In this document: positions 27,519 to 36,230 of the stretch, piece after piece | How the letters are laid out: the number at the start of each line of letters is the position of its first letter | Position numbering within the stretch: the stretch's first letter is position 1 | Translations under genes and position numbers: made by a program | Notes under the pieces: generated by a model | The model's input: the letters and a program-made list of their open reading frames with translations, nothing else | Databases searched by the model: none | Told to the model about the DNA's origin: nothing | Source of the DNA: Betaproteobacteria bacterium | GTDB taxonomy: Bacteria; Pseudomonadota; Gammaproteobacteria; Burkholderiales; Burkholderiaceae_C | Direction: 5' to 3' | DNA length: 64,000 nucleotides | Assembly (NCBI GenBank): GCA_016868355.1 | Contig: VGHB01000013.1 | Span: forward strand, 5,985 to 69,984

Positions 27519-30074
27519 ATGAAATTCCCGCGTACGCCGATTGCCGGTGCCACACAGGCCTTTTGCTCCGTCAGCTTGGCAGTGATTGCCTTGTATCCGA
27601 ATGCTGCGCAGGCGCAAAGCGCCGCGGGGGCAGCGGGCTCGGCATCGGCTGCCCAACCGGCCAAAGCCGACCTCCAGCAAATCACCGTAACGGCTACTCG
27701 GCGCGAGGAGGCCGCGCATCGCGTGCCCTTCAACATCAGCGCACTGTCCGAAGATGAACTTCGAGACCAAAACATCACCGATGCAAAGAAGTTGATTGCC
27801 GCCAGCGAAGCCATCAACGCGCCTGGCAACAGCGCGCGCTTTGCTGACTCGGTGACCGTGCGCGGCCTTAATGTGTCCCCGGTAGCGGCCAACAACTTGG
27901 AGCAGTTCATCCGCTCCACCCTGGCGTACTACCTAGATGACACCATGCTGCCCCATCTGGGCTACCGAATTAAAGACATCGCGCGGGTGGAGACACTTTT
28001 GGGCCCGCAAGGCACCTTGTACGGTGCTGGCAGCCTTGGTGGAACGATCCGATTTATTTCCAATCAGCCGAAGCTAGGCAAGACCGAAGGCCGCATCGGC
28101 ACCTCCTTCTACCAAACCAAGCATGGCGGGATTTCCAGCGATATCGATGGCGTCATCAACCTGCCGCTGGCTCAGGACATAGCCCTTCGCGCATCGGTGG
28201 CCCGGCTGGACGAGAAGGGTTACATCGACCGACTGTCCAACCCACCGTGGCGCACCGGCATTTGGGCATGGTCAAGCAAGCCAGACGCCAACCGCAACCT
28301 CTATGAGGACGATAACTGGCAAAAGGTCAACACGGGGCGTGTTGCCCTACGCTGGCGGCTCACACCCACCGCTGAGTTGACCTTCACACATGCGCAGCAA
28401 AGCCAGTTGGCCAACGGCAGCAATGGCGCCAGCGTCACACCGGTGAATATCGCCAACGCCACCAACGCAGCCCAGGTGGATGCCGCTTGGAGGCTCGGTC
28501 GTAACTGCACAGCCCAAGGGATCGCCTGCACCTATAAAGTGGCCACCGATGCGCCGTATGTGGTCAACGATCACACGATCGTCTCGCGATACCCCGAGTT
28601 TGCTGACCGCAGCTTCCGCTTGGACAGCCTTGCGCTGGACCTCAACCTCGGCTTTGCCAAGCTGAACTCCAACACCTCACGTTTTCGCGACGCCCGAGTA
28701 GGACAAGCCGACTATGCCCGCCAAGGTAATCTTTTCTACAACTGGTTCACCGCCGGCAACATCCAGAAGTCGAACAATTCTCTGTACATGACGTTTGACA
28801 ACACCTACACGGGTACCACGCATGAAACACGACTGGTATCGACGGGTACAGGTCCCATGAGTTGGGTTGCGGGTGTGTTTCTGATGCAGCAAAAGCGCAA
28901 CTTCAAGTTTGACGAGATGTTCCCGGGCTTGGACACCCTGCCATCACAGGGTGACTTCATCTCGATTGCTGCTCAGGGTGGCCGCAAGGCCCTGGGAGGC
29001 GTTACCGACTCGGGCTATGCCGAAAACCTGGGCAGTGAGTACCGCGAGAAGGCCGTCTTTGGTGAGGTGAGCTACGCTCTGACCCCGGCACTGAAGGTGA
29101 CCTATGGCACACGGATATTCAACTACGAAGATGTAGGAACGGCCTTTGTTTTCGACTATGCCGGCGGTTTATCTGATAACAATTCCCGTGCAAGCAGCAG
29201 CGGCAGCAACAAAGCTATTCATAAGCTTAATTTTGTCTACAACCTCAACCGCGACCTGCTGAGCTATCTGACCTATTCACAGGGTTTCCGTCGCGGCGGC
29301 AACAACGGTTTCAAGAGCTTTCCGAGCAAGAATCAAATCGTCGCACCGGACACCAATGGCTACGGGCCTGACACCACGAATAACCTGGAGTTGGGACTCA
29401 AGGGCTTCTTGCTGGATCGTCGCCTGTTGCTGCAGACGGCGATTTATCGGATCGACTGGAAGAACGTTCAAACCTACTACTCGCAGGGGCTGCCGGACCC
29501 CTTTGGTTTGGGGATTGACTTCCCCATCAACGGCACTACCAATGGCCCCAACGCAAGGTCAGCAGGAGGTGAGCTTTCGGCCAGGCTGGCGCTCAACCAA
29601 AATTGGCAGACTCACTTCAGCGCAGCCACCACGGGGGCTGAGTGGACCTCCACGCTCAAGCGCTGCACCTACATCGCAAACAACAGACCCGCAGACTGTC
29701 GCACCTGGACTGCTGGCGGCAAGCTCTACGGCGCGCCCAGCTTGAAGTACACGATGGGGGTTCAGTACAACCATCTGCTGAGCAGCGGTCACGAGTTCAC
29801 TTCAAGCCTAAGCCGGCGTTGGGTGGGAAAGATCGGTAATGACCGGACCGACGCGCCAGATACCAACCCGCCCCTGTTCTACCCCTCCTATGCCCTGGTC
29901 AATGCCAGCGCTGGTCTGGCCAAGGGGCCATGGAACGCAACGCTGTGGGTTCAAAACTTGGGTGACACGCGGGCCTTGGTCTCCATTCAAAATGCGCTTG
30001 ACCAAGTGGTCGGGCCGCGCTTGATCTACAACGTGCCACGCACGGTGGGTCTGAACCTGGGCTACCGCTTTTGA
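27519..30074 (+). CDS. TonB-dependent receptor
   Basis: 851 aa. GGAG lies 8 nt upstream of the ATG. Signal MKFPRTPIAGATQAFCSVSLAVIALYPNAAQA. Plug ITVTATRREEAAHRVPFNISALSEDEL .. VTVRGLN. C-terminal NVPRTVGLNLGYRF. Confidence 0.9.
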   Translation: MKFPRTPIAGATQAFCSVSLAVIALYPNAAQAQSAAGAAGSASAAQPAKADLQQITVTATRREEAAHRVPFNISALSEDELRDQNITDAKKLIAASEAINAPGNSARFADSVTVRGLNVSPVAANNLEQFIRSTLAYYLDDTMLPHLGYRIKDIARVETLLGPQGTLYGAGSLGGTIRFISNQPKLGKTEGRIGTSFYQTKHGGISSDIDGVINLPLAQDIALRASVARLDEKGYIDRLSNPPWRTGIWAWSSKPDANRNLYEDDNWQKVNTGRVALRWRLTPTAELTFTHAQQSQLANGSNGASVTPVNIANATNAAQVDAAWRLGRNCTAQGIACTYKVATDAPYVVNDHTIVSRYPEFADRSFRLDSLALDLNLGFAKLNSNTSRFRDARVGQADYARQGNLFYNWFTAGNIQKSNNSLYMTFDNTYTGTTHETRLVSTGTGPMSWVAGVFLMQQKRNFKFDEMFPGLDTLPSQGDFISIAAQGGRKALGGVTDSGYAENLGSEYREKAVFGEVSYALTPALKVTYGTRIFNYEDVGTAFVFDYAGGLSDNNSRASSSGSNKAIHKLNFVYNLNRDLLSYLTYSQGFRRGGNNGFKSFPSKNQIVAPDTNGYGPDTTNNLELGLKGFLLDRRLLLQTAIYRIDWKNVQTYYSQGLPDPFGLGIDFPINGTTNGPNARSAGGELSARLALNQNWQTHFSAATTGAEWTSTLKRCTYIANNRPADCRTWTAGGKLYGAPSLKYTMGVQYNHLLSSGHEFTSSLSRRWVGKIGNDRTDAPDTNPPLFYPSYALVNASAGLAKGPWNATLWVQNLGDTRALVSIQNALDQVVGPRLIYNVPRTVGLNLGYRF

Positions 30075-30094
30075 TGTTCAAGGGGCAGGGCGCT

Positions 30095-31546
30095 TCAGCG
30101 CCCAACGACGCTTGTCCACAAGGCGGTCAGCACGCGGCCCTCGTCAGGCGCGAGTGAGGTCCATCCCAGCTTCGGTCCATAAGGAGATCGGCTCGGGCTA
30201 CCCAAGAGCACGATCAAGCCGTTGCGCCGCACCGGATCCAGTGCAAAGGTCCCCAGCAGGCCGTAGGCATCTCCCAGATGGCCCCAGCCGCTGAAACCAC
30301 CGCCTTCAACCAGACGGTCGCCTAAGCCGGGGCCCCTGTTGCGGTCGGTGAAGCGTTGCGGCCCAAGCGCCCAGGAGACCATGGCCTCGTCCAAGGTGTC
30401 GCCGTTGGGCGCTTGCGGTTCATAGCGCCACTGTTCGGTGCTGAGCAAGCGCATCGCGTTATCGCTCAACAAGCTTTGGCCGCGGTGGCGTCCACCATTG
30501 AGCAGCATCTGCATCAACACCCCCAAGTCATCGCTGGAAATCCGCAAGCCGCCTTGTGGGCTGAAAACCGTCGCATTGCTGCCCGGCACATAGCGGTCCA
30601 GGCCCAGCGGTGCGGCCGGCCGGCTTGCGCGGTGGTCGTCGACCTGCGGCCACCAAGGGCCCTCAGGTTCCCAAATTTCACGCTCGCCCTCCAAGCGGCG
30701 CCGGCGGTACAGGGTGGCCAGGTCCTGGAGCTCATCGCGGGAAAGCGCCGAGGGCAAAAAGCCACCACGAAGCCCCAGCGGTTGCAAGACCAGGCGCTGC
30801 ATCAGCTGATCGAATCGCTCACCGGTGGCGCGCTCCATCACGGTGCCCACCACACCCCAGTTCAGGTTCACATAGTTGAACCAGCTGCCCGGTGCGCGCT
30901 GGCGCCGCCAGCTCAGCCCCCCACGGTACAAGGCCCCCGCGGGGTGCAACACGTCGCGCAAAGCCACGTCCGGGCCCCAAACATAGAAGCCCGCATCACT
31001 CAAGCCCGAGCGATGCGACATCAACAGGCGCAAGGTGATCGGCTGTTGCGCAAAGTCCGGGTGCCGCAGGCGCCAGCCCAACACATCGCCCACATCGGCA
31101 TCCACATCCAAGCGGCCCTGGTCCACCAAGCGCATCACCGCCACCGACACCACCAATTTCGAAATTGAGGCCACCCGAAACAGGCTGCTTGGCGTGACGG
31201 GAAGATCTTGCGCACGGTCTGTGGGATGGATAAAGCGCCGTCCGTGGTGGCTGCGGTGCACCACCTGCCCATCGCGCAGGGCCAGGGTGCAGAGTTGACC
31301 CCAAGCGCCCGGGTGCTCACCAACCAGGGCCTGCAGTTCCCGGTGAAGTGCTGAGGACCCCTGAGGCGATGGTTGCAGCGCTGGGCTCAGCGCTGGCGCA
31401 GCAGGCCCAGCACCCCGCCCCGCGCTGCAAGCCGCCAAAGACGCCAAGGCGGCACAACCGCCGATCAGGCAGGCGCGGCGATGTGTATTCGCTCCGAGGG
31501 CTCGATCCACGCGAGGCGCGGAACAAGGCGTCAAGCCCTGCTTCAT
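30095..31546 (-). CDS. Beta-lactamase-fold serine hydrolase (PF00144 type; AmpH / DD-peptidase-like), probable lipoprotein
   Basis: The ATG at 31546 overlaps the upstream kinase stop (ATGA). MKQGLTPCSAPRVDRALGANTHRRACLIGGCAALASLAAC (Tat/lipobox-like). SxxK motif in FRVASISKLVV. Confidence 0.7.
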   Translation of the reverse strand: MKQGLTPCSAPRVDRALGANTHRRACLIGGCAALASLAACSAGRGAGPAAPALSPALQPSPQGSSALHRELQALVGEHPGAWGQLCTLALRDGQVVHRSHHGRRFIHPTDRAQDLPVTPSSLFRVASISKLVVSVAVMRLVDQGRLDVDADVGDVLGWRLRHPDFAQQPITLRLLMSHRSGLSDAGFYVWGPDVALRDVLHPAGALYRGGLSWRRQRAPGSWFNYVNLNWGVVGTVMERATGERFDQLMQRLVLQPLGLRGGFLPSALSRDELQDLATLYRRRRLEGEREIWEPEGPWWPQVDDHRASRPAAPLGLDRYVPGSNATVFSPQGGLRISSDDLGVLMQMLLNGGRHRGQSLLSDNAMRLLSTEQWRYEPQAPNGDTLDEAMVSWALGPQRFTDRNRGPGLGDRLVEGGGFSGWGHLGDAYGLLGTFALDPVRRNGLIVLLGSPSRSPYGPKLGWTSLAPDEGRVLTALWTSVVGR

Positions 31547-32484
31547 ACAACGCCCGCCCACAGCCTGCGGGCCCGCTGCGCAGCCGCCGTGGAAGGGTCA
31601 ATCTGACGCAGTTCCAAGGGGCACTCGGCAGGCAGGCCAGCGCGCACACCCTGGCCCACCAAGGGGTGCAGCAGCAGCACACGGCCCGCGGCCACCACGG
31701 GCTTGGGCCCAAATCGACGGAACAGCACTGCGCCCAAGCGGCCGATCTCGATACCGGCACGCCGCAGCAGCAAGGCCGCCTCTGCGTCACCCAGTTCCGC
31801 CGCTTCGGCCACAGCCAGGGCTAATCGCCCCACCTCACCGCGGTCTTGCCCGTAAATGAACTGCCGGGTGCTGGCCCAATCCGAACCCCCCATGCGCGCA
31901 AACAAGCAACGGGCCATGGGGCTCTCCACCCACTGACCAGGCCATTCGTCTTCGCGGCGCCAAATGGTGGACAACGCCTCCTTGGCAATCCAATACCCGC
32001 CGCCTTCATCACCCAGGACGAAGCCCCGCCCACCGGCCCGGTGCCACACACCGTCCCCGTCGATGAACGATGCAATCGAGCCGGTGCCTGCGTACACGAG
32101 ATAGCCACCACCAGGTTCATGGGCCGCGCGAAAGGCGATGTCCATGTCGCTGTGGCACTGCACCTGGTGCGGTGCAGTGCTCAGCCGCGCCGCCACCAGG
32201 CCCGCCAGCTCCAGGGCCAACCCGCCCTGCGGATCGCTAACACCCGTGATGCCGGCGTACGTGCCCGCCACGCGGTGCGCGGGCAGCCGATGTGCCAGTG
32301 TAGCGGCCAGCTCATGCAGCGCTTGGCCAAGCTGCGCGCGGCCGGCCTCCGAAGTCAGGCTCATGCCACTGAAGCCGCCCACCTGCGCCTGTGCCAGCAA
32401 CTGGCCCTGCGCGTCCACGGCGGTCCAGCGGCACGCCGTACCGCCCGCATCCAGGCCCAGGTAGATCACACCTTGATGAACCAT
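31543..32484 (-). CDS. BadF/BadG/BcrA/BcrD-type ATPase; predicted N-acetyl-hexosamine kinase, paralog 2
   Basis: The track ORF runs to 32829, but the homology starts at the ATG at 32484: MVHQGVIYLGLDAGGTACRWTAVD. It then has GYLVYAGTGSIA and GGRGFVLGDEGGGYWIA. Shares long blocks with the 7725..8660 product. Confidence 0.75.
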   Translation of the reverse strand: MVHQGVIYLGLDAGGTACRWTAVDAQGQLLAQAQVGGFSGMSLTSEAGRAQLGQALHELAATLAHRLPAHRVAGTYAGITGVSDPQGGLALELAGLVAARLSTAPHQVQCHSDMDIAFRAAHEPGGGYLVYAGTGSIASFIDGDGVWHRAGGRGFVLGDEGGGYWIAKEALSTIWRREDEWPGQWVESPMARCLFARMGGSDWASTRQFIYGQDRGEVGRLALAVAEAAELGDAEAALLLRRAGIEIGRLGAVLFRRFGPKPVVAAGRVLLLHPLVGQGVRAGLPAECPLELRQIDPSTAAAQRARRLWAGVV

Positions 32485-33596
32485 TGGCGTCGGGCCATCC
32501 AGGCCGCCACGGCATAAAAGACCAGCACAAATCCCAACGCAAACAGCAGCGAGACCTGGACCTCGGGCAGCCCGGTGGGGCGCAAGCCCGCCACCAGGTG
32601 CATCTTCAGGCTCACGCCATCGAACTTGATGAAGGCCAGTCCTTTGGCCACCAAGCCTGCCAGTACGAACAGGAACAGGGCATTCATGCCAAAGTCCACC
32701 AGCGGCTGGGCCCAAGGGCGCCAGCGCGCACGGCTGGCGGCATCGGCCTGGGCATCCAAGACCCAATGGAAAGCCGCCAAGATGAGCAGCGCCCAGCCGG
32801 CAGTGCTGGCCACATAGGCAGGGGTCCACAAGGATTTGTTGATGGGCATGTTCGAGGCCGCCAACAGCTCACCGGCCCACAAGGCCAACAAGCCGGCCAG
32901 CACCAGACCCATGCAGCGCCGCCCCGGCTCTTGGGCCTGCGCCATCCAATGCCCGGTCAACACACCGGCCAACAGTGTGGACACCGCCGGCAAGGTGCTT
33001 AACAAGCCCTCGGGGTCCCAGGTGCGAGACTGGGCCCACAAGTGGCCGCCCATCAGCAAGCGGTCAACATAGCTGCCGGTGTCTTGTCCGGCCAGCAGCG
33101 AACCCACGCGCACCACACCGTCATCACCCGGCACCGGTACCGCCAGCATCAGCACGCTGTACAGCACCAGCAGGCCCGCAGCTGTCCAAGCTTGGCCACG
33201 AACCTTTAACCACACCACCGCCGGCGCACACAGCACGATGCACAAACCAATGCGTTGCAACACACCCGGCCAGCGCAGCGTGTTCCAGTCAAAGGCGGGC
33301 ACCGCATTGAGCATCAAGCCGATCAACATGATCACCAGCCCGCGGCGCATCAGGCCCCGGCACAGGGTCAAGGGCCCAGCGCCTTCGTGCTGCCGACGGG
33401 CCAAGCTCATGGGCATGGCCACGCCGCTGATGAAGATGAAGAAGGGAAAGATCCAGTCGGTGAAGGTCCACCCGTCCCACGGTGCGTGCAGCAAAGGACC
33501 GTACACATGCTTCCAGTCGCCCGGGTTGTTGACCAGCAGCATCGCCGCGATCGTCATGCCACGAAAGGCATCAAGGCTGTACAGCCGCCCGTTCAC
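32466..33596 (-). CDS. Transmembrane acyltransferase of the DUF1624/DUF5009, HGSNAT-like family (NagX-like)
   Basis: The GTG at 33596 overlaps the ampG stop (GTGA); the track ORF extends to 33731. (V)NGRLYSLDAFRGMTIAAMLLVNNPGDWKHVYGPLLHAPWDGWTFTDWIFPFFIFISG is the conserved N-terminal block of heparan-alpha-glucosaminide N-acetyltransferase-like membrane proteins. About 10 TM segments. Confidence 0.7.
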   Translation of the reverse strand: MNGRLYSLDAFRGMTIAAMLLVNNPGDWKHVYGPLLHAPWDGWTFTDWIFPFFIFISGVAMPMSLARRQHEGAGPLTLCRGLMRRGLVIMLIGLMLNAVPAFDWNTLRWPGVLQRIGLCIVLCAPAVVWLKVRGQAWTAAGLLVLYSVLMLAVPVPGDDGVVRVGSLLAGQDTGSYVDRLLMGGHLWAQSRTWDPEGLLSTLPAVSTLLAGVLTGHWMAQAQEPGRRCMGLVLAGLLALWAGELLAASNMPINKSLWTPAYVASTAGWALLILAAFHWVLDAQADAASRARWRPWAQPLVDFGMNALFLFVLAGLVAKGLAFIKFDGVSLKMHLVAGLRPTGLPEVQVSLLFALGFVLVFYAVAAWMARRQWFIKV

Positions 33597-34885
33597 GCAA
33601 CCGGCTCCCGTCGGCCGAAGTTTTCCGGCACCCGGATCAGGGCTGTCATCACAAAGGACGGAATGGCCGCCACCATCACCCACACGAAAAAGCCAGCATA
33701 GCCCAAGGCCTCCTGAAGCCAGCCGCTCCAAAAGCCCGGGATCATCATGCCCATGGCCATGAAGCCGGTGCAGATGGCGTAGTGCGCCGTCTTGTGCGGC
33801 CCCTCGGCGATCAAGATCATCACCATCAGGTAGGCCGCAAAACCGACGCCATAGCCGAACTGTTCAATGGCCAAGGCTGTGCTGACCACCCACAGCTGCT
33901 GCGGCGGCGACAACGCCATGGCCAAGAACACCAGGTTGGGCAGGTGCATGCCCCACACCAAAGGCCACAAGCAGGCCTTCAAGCCAAACCGCGAAATCAG
34001 CAGCCCGCCCACGATACCCCCGACCGTCAAGGCGATCAGGCCCACCGTGCCATAGGCCACCCCCACCTCGCGGGTGGAAAGGCCCAAGCCGCCTGCTTCA
34101 GCGGGGTCTAGCAGAAAGGGCGTCGCCATCTTCAGCAACTGCGCTTCCGGAAAACGGTAGAGCAAGAGGTAGGCGATGCCCACCGCGATGGCAGGCTTGC
34201 GGAAGAACGTACCCAACACCGAGAAGAACTCGATGAACAAGCTGGAGTGGACCGTACCCGGCCGGTCTTCAGCCGGATAGGGCAAGCGCCAAGCGTGGTA
34301 CAGGCCCACCACGCCGAAGCACACCGCCAATAAAGCCATCACCACCTGCCACGCCACCACCGCCGAGCCGCTGCGTTCGGCCACCTCGCCGGCCAGGTAC
34401 ACCAGCCCCCCCTGCCCGGCGATATTGGCCACGCGGTAAAAGGTGGAACGGATGCCCACGAAGGCCGCCTGCTGGTGCGTGGGCAGGGCCATCATGTAGT
34501 AGCCATCGGCTGCAATATCGTGGCTGGCACTGGCAAAGGCCATGAGCCACAACAGGGCCAGGCTCCAGCGCACCCACTGCTCGGTGGGCAGGCTCAGCGC
34601 CACCATCGCCACCATCGCACCCACCGCAAACTGCAGCAGCCAAATCCAGCGCCGCCGCGTGCCCAAGAGTTCAATCAAGGGGCTCCAAAGCGGCTTGATC
34701 ACCCACGGCAGGTACAGCCAGCTTGTGTACAGCGCGATGTCGGTGTTGGACATCCCCAAGTTCTTGTACATCACCACGCTCAGTGACATCACCACCACAT
34801 AGGGCAGGCCCTGCAGCAAGTAGAGGCTAGGCACCCAGGCCCAGGGGCCAGGGCCGGGCCCTTCAGTTCGAAGCGTCGAGGTCAA
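33593..34885 (-). CDS. ampG: AmpG-family MFS muropeptide permease
   Basis: PWAWVPSLYLLQGLPYVVVMSLSVVMYKNLGMSNTDIALYTSWLYLPWVIKPLWSPLIE matches the AmpG block (..LWSPL..). The start is uncertain: TTG at 34885 with a GAAGGG 7 nt upstream is preferred, and the track start at 34969 would overlap nagA by 107 nt. Confidence 0.75.
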   Translation of the reverse strand: MTSTLRTEGPGPGPWAWVPSLYLLQGLPYVVVMSLSVVMYKNLGMSNTDIALYTSWLYLPWVIKPLWSPLIELLGTRRRWIWLLQFAVGAMVAMVALSLPTEQWVRWSLALLWLMAFASASHDIAADGYYMMALPTHQQAAFVGIRSTFYRVANIAGQGGLVYLAGEVAERSGSAVVAWQVVMALLAVCFGVVGLYHAWRLPYPAEDRPGTVHSSLFIEFFSVLGTFFRKPAIAVGIAYLLLYRFPEAQLLKMATPFLLDPAEAGGLGLSTREVGVAYGTVGLIALTVGGIVGGLLISRFGLKACLWPLVWGMHLPNLVFLAMALSPPQQLWVVSTALAIEQFGYGVGFAAYLMVMILIAEGPHKTAHYAICTGFMAMGMMIPGFWSGWLQEALGYAGFFVWVMVAAIPSFVMTALIRVPENFGRREPVA

Positions 34886-36014
34886 TGGCCTGCCCTTCCA
34901 CCACCACCTGCTGCAGCTGCAGCGAGTGGGGGTCCAACACCACCAGGTCTGCCCAGGCACCCTGCGCAATCACCCCGCGGTCGCTCAAGCCCAGGTACTG
35001 CGCGGCGTGCGTGCTCACACGCGCGCTGGCCTGGGCCACCGACAGCCCAATCTGCACCAGGTTTCGCAAGGCCTGGTCCATGGTCAAGGCGCTGCCGGCC
35101 AGGGTGCCATCGGCCAGGCGCACGCCACCCAAGCACTTGTGCACCGTGTATTGCCCCAAGGGATAGGCGCCATCGGGCATGCCCGCTGCAGCCGTTGCAT
35201 CGGTCACGGCAAACAGGCCGGGCACTGCACGCACGGCTGCATGGATGGCGCCAGGGTGTACATGCAACAGGTCGGGAATGATTTCCGCATGCTCTGCGTG
35301 GGCCAAGGCAGCCCCGACCGCACCGGGCGCCCGGTGGTGCATCGGGCCCATGGCGTTGAACAAATGGGTGAAGCCAGAAGCGCCGTGCCGCAACGCCTGT
35401 AAGGCCTCTTCATAGGTGGCCCGGGTATGGCCCACCTGAACCCGGATACCGGCGGCCACCAATTCAGGAATCAGGGCCAGATTGCCAGGCATCTCAGGGG
35501 CCAGCGTCAGCACGCGAATCGGCGCCAACGCATTCAGGCGCAGGATGTCCTGCAAGGAGGCCGCTTGGGCGTGTGGTGGTTGCGCCCCAAGCTGATCAGG
35601 ACTGATGTAAGGCCCCTCCAGGTGCACACCCAAGACACGCGCGGCCTGATCGGCGCGCTGCAAGCACTGCGCAGACAAGGCCCTCAGGGCGGCCTCAATC
35701 TCCGGTAGTGGCGCGGTCATGGTGGTGGCCAACAAAGAGGTGGTGCCATGTCGCGCATGGGTGCGCGCCAAGCACTGCACCGCATCCTGGCCTTCCATGG
35801 TGTCGCGGCCGCCGCCGCCGTGGATATGCAGATCGATAAAGCCCGGCAGGATCAAAGGCGGCGCTTGCTCCGCCCGAAGCTCGTGCTCGACAAGCGTGCC
35901 CTGCACGCCAACCACGCGGCCCTGCGACCAGTGCACCTGCCCCTGCACCCAGCCACCAGGGGCCAAGACCTGACCGCTCAGGAAGGCTGAACGACTCTGA
36001 GCAGCTTGGCCCAT
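34863..36014 (-). CDS. nagA: N-acetylglucosamine-6-phosphate deacetylase
   Basis: LILPGFIDLHIHGGGGRD, HLEGPYISP, GFTHLFNAM and AVTDATAAAGMPDG are NagA amidohydrolase blocks. Start taken at ATG 36014 (alternatives 36053 and 36071). Confidence 0.85.
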   Translation of the reverse strand: MGQAAQSRSAFLSGQVLAPGGWVQGQVHWSQGRVVGVQGTLVEHELRAEQAPPLILPGFIDLHIHGGGGRDTMEGQDAVQCLARTHARHGTTSLLATTMTAPLPEIEAALRALSAQCLQRADQAARVLGVHLEGPYISPDQLGAQPPHAQAASLQDILRLNALAPIRVLTLAPEMPGNLALIPELVAAGIRVQVGHTRATYEEALQALRHGASGFTHLFNAMGPMHHRAPGAVGAALAHAEHAEIIPDLLHVHPGAIHAAVRAVPGLFAVTDATAAAGMPDGAYPLGQYTVHKCLGGVRLADGTLAGSALTMDQALRNLVQIGLSVAQASARVSTHAAQYLGLSDRGVIAQGAWADLVVLDPHSLQLQQVVVEGQAIDLDASN

Positions 36015-36230
36015 GGAGGCCCCGCCCTTGACATTTCGGCGTGGTGCGTGCATTCCGCGATCATCGCTCAAAAGTCAGGCCATGCCCTTGTTCACCGCCG
36101 CCAGACGCAACCGCACACGGCGCGAGCGATGGCACCGGTGCCCGGCCAGCGCCGCAGGCCCTGATGCCTGCGGGCTCTGATGCCCCCAGGCCCTTTCTAT
36201 ACTGCGCACCGCACAGACCCGAGACCACAC

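Noticed and set aside
30088-30103. Short GC hairpins in convergent gaps that could be terminators: GGGCGC-TTCA-GCGCCC at 30088-30103 and AGGCCG-N6-CGGCCT at 49996-50013.
   Set aside because: The stems are only 6 bp and have no following U-tract. The first even contains the stop codon of the minus-strand gene. They are too weak to annotate as terminators from sequence alone.
36160-36202. Promoter call for the SpmAB-like gene, based on the direct repeat CTGATGCC (36160-36167, 36176-36183) and a TATACT hexamer at 36197-36202.
   Set aside because: The -10-like hexamer is plausible, but no convincing -35 lies at 16-18 nt spacing. Without TSS data the call would be guesswork.
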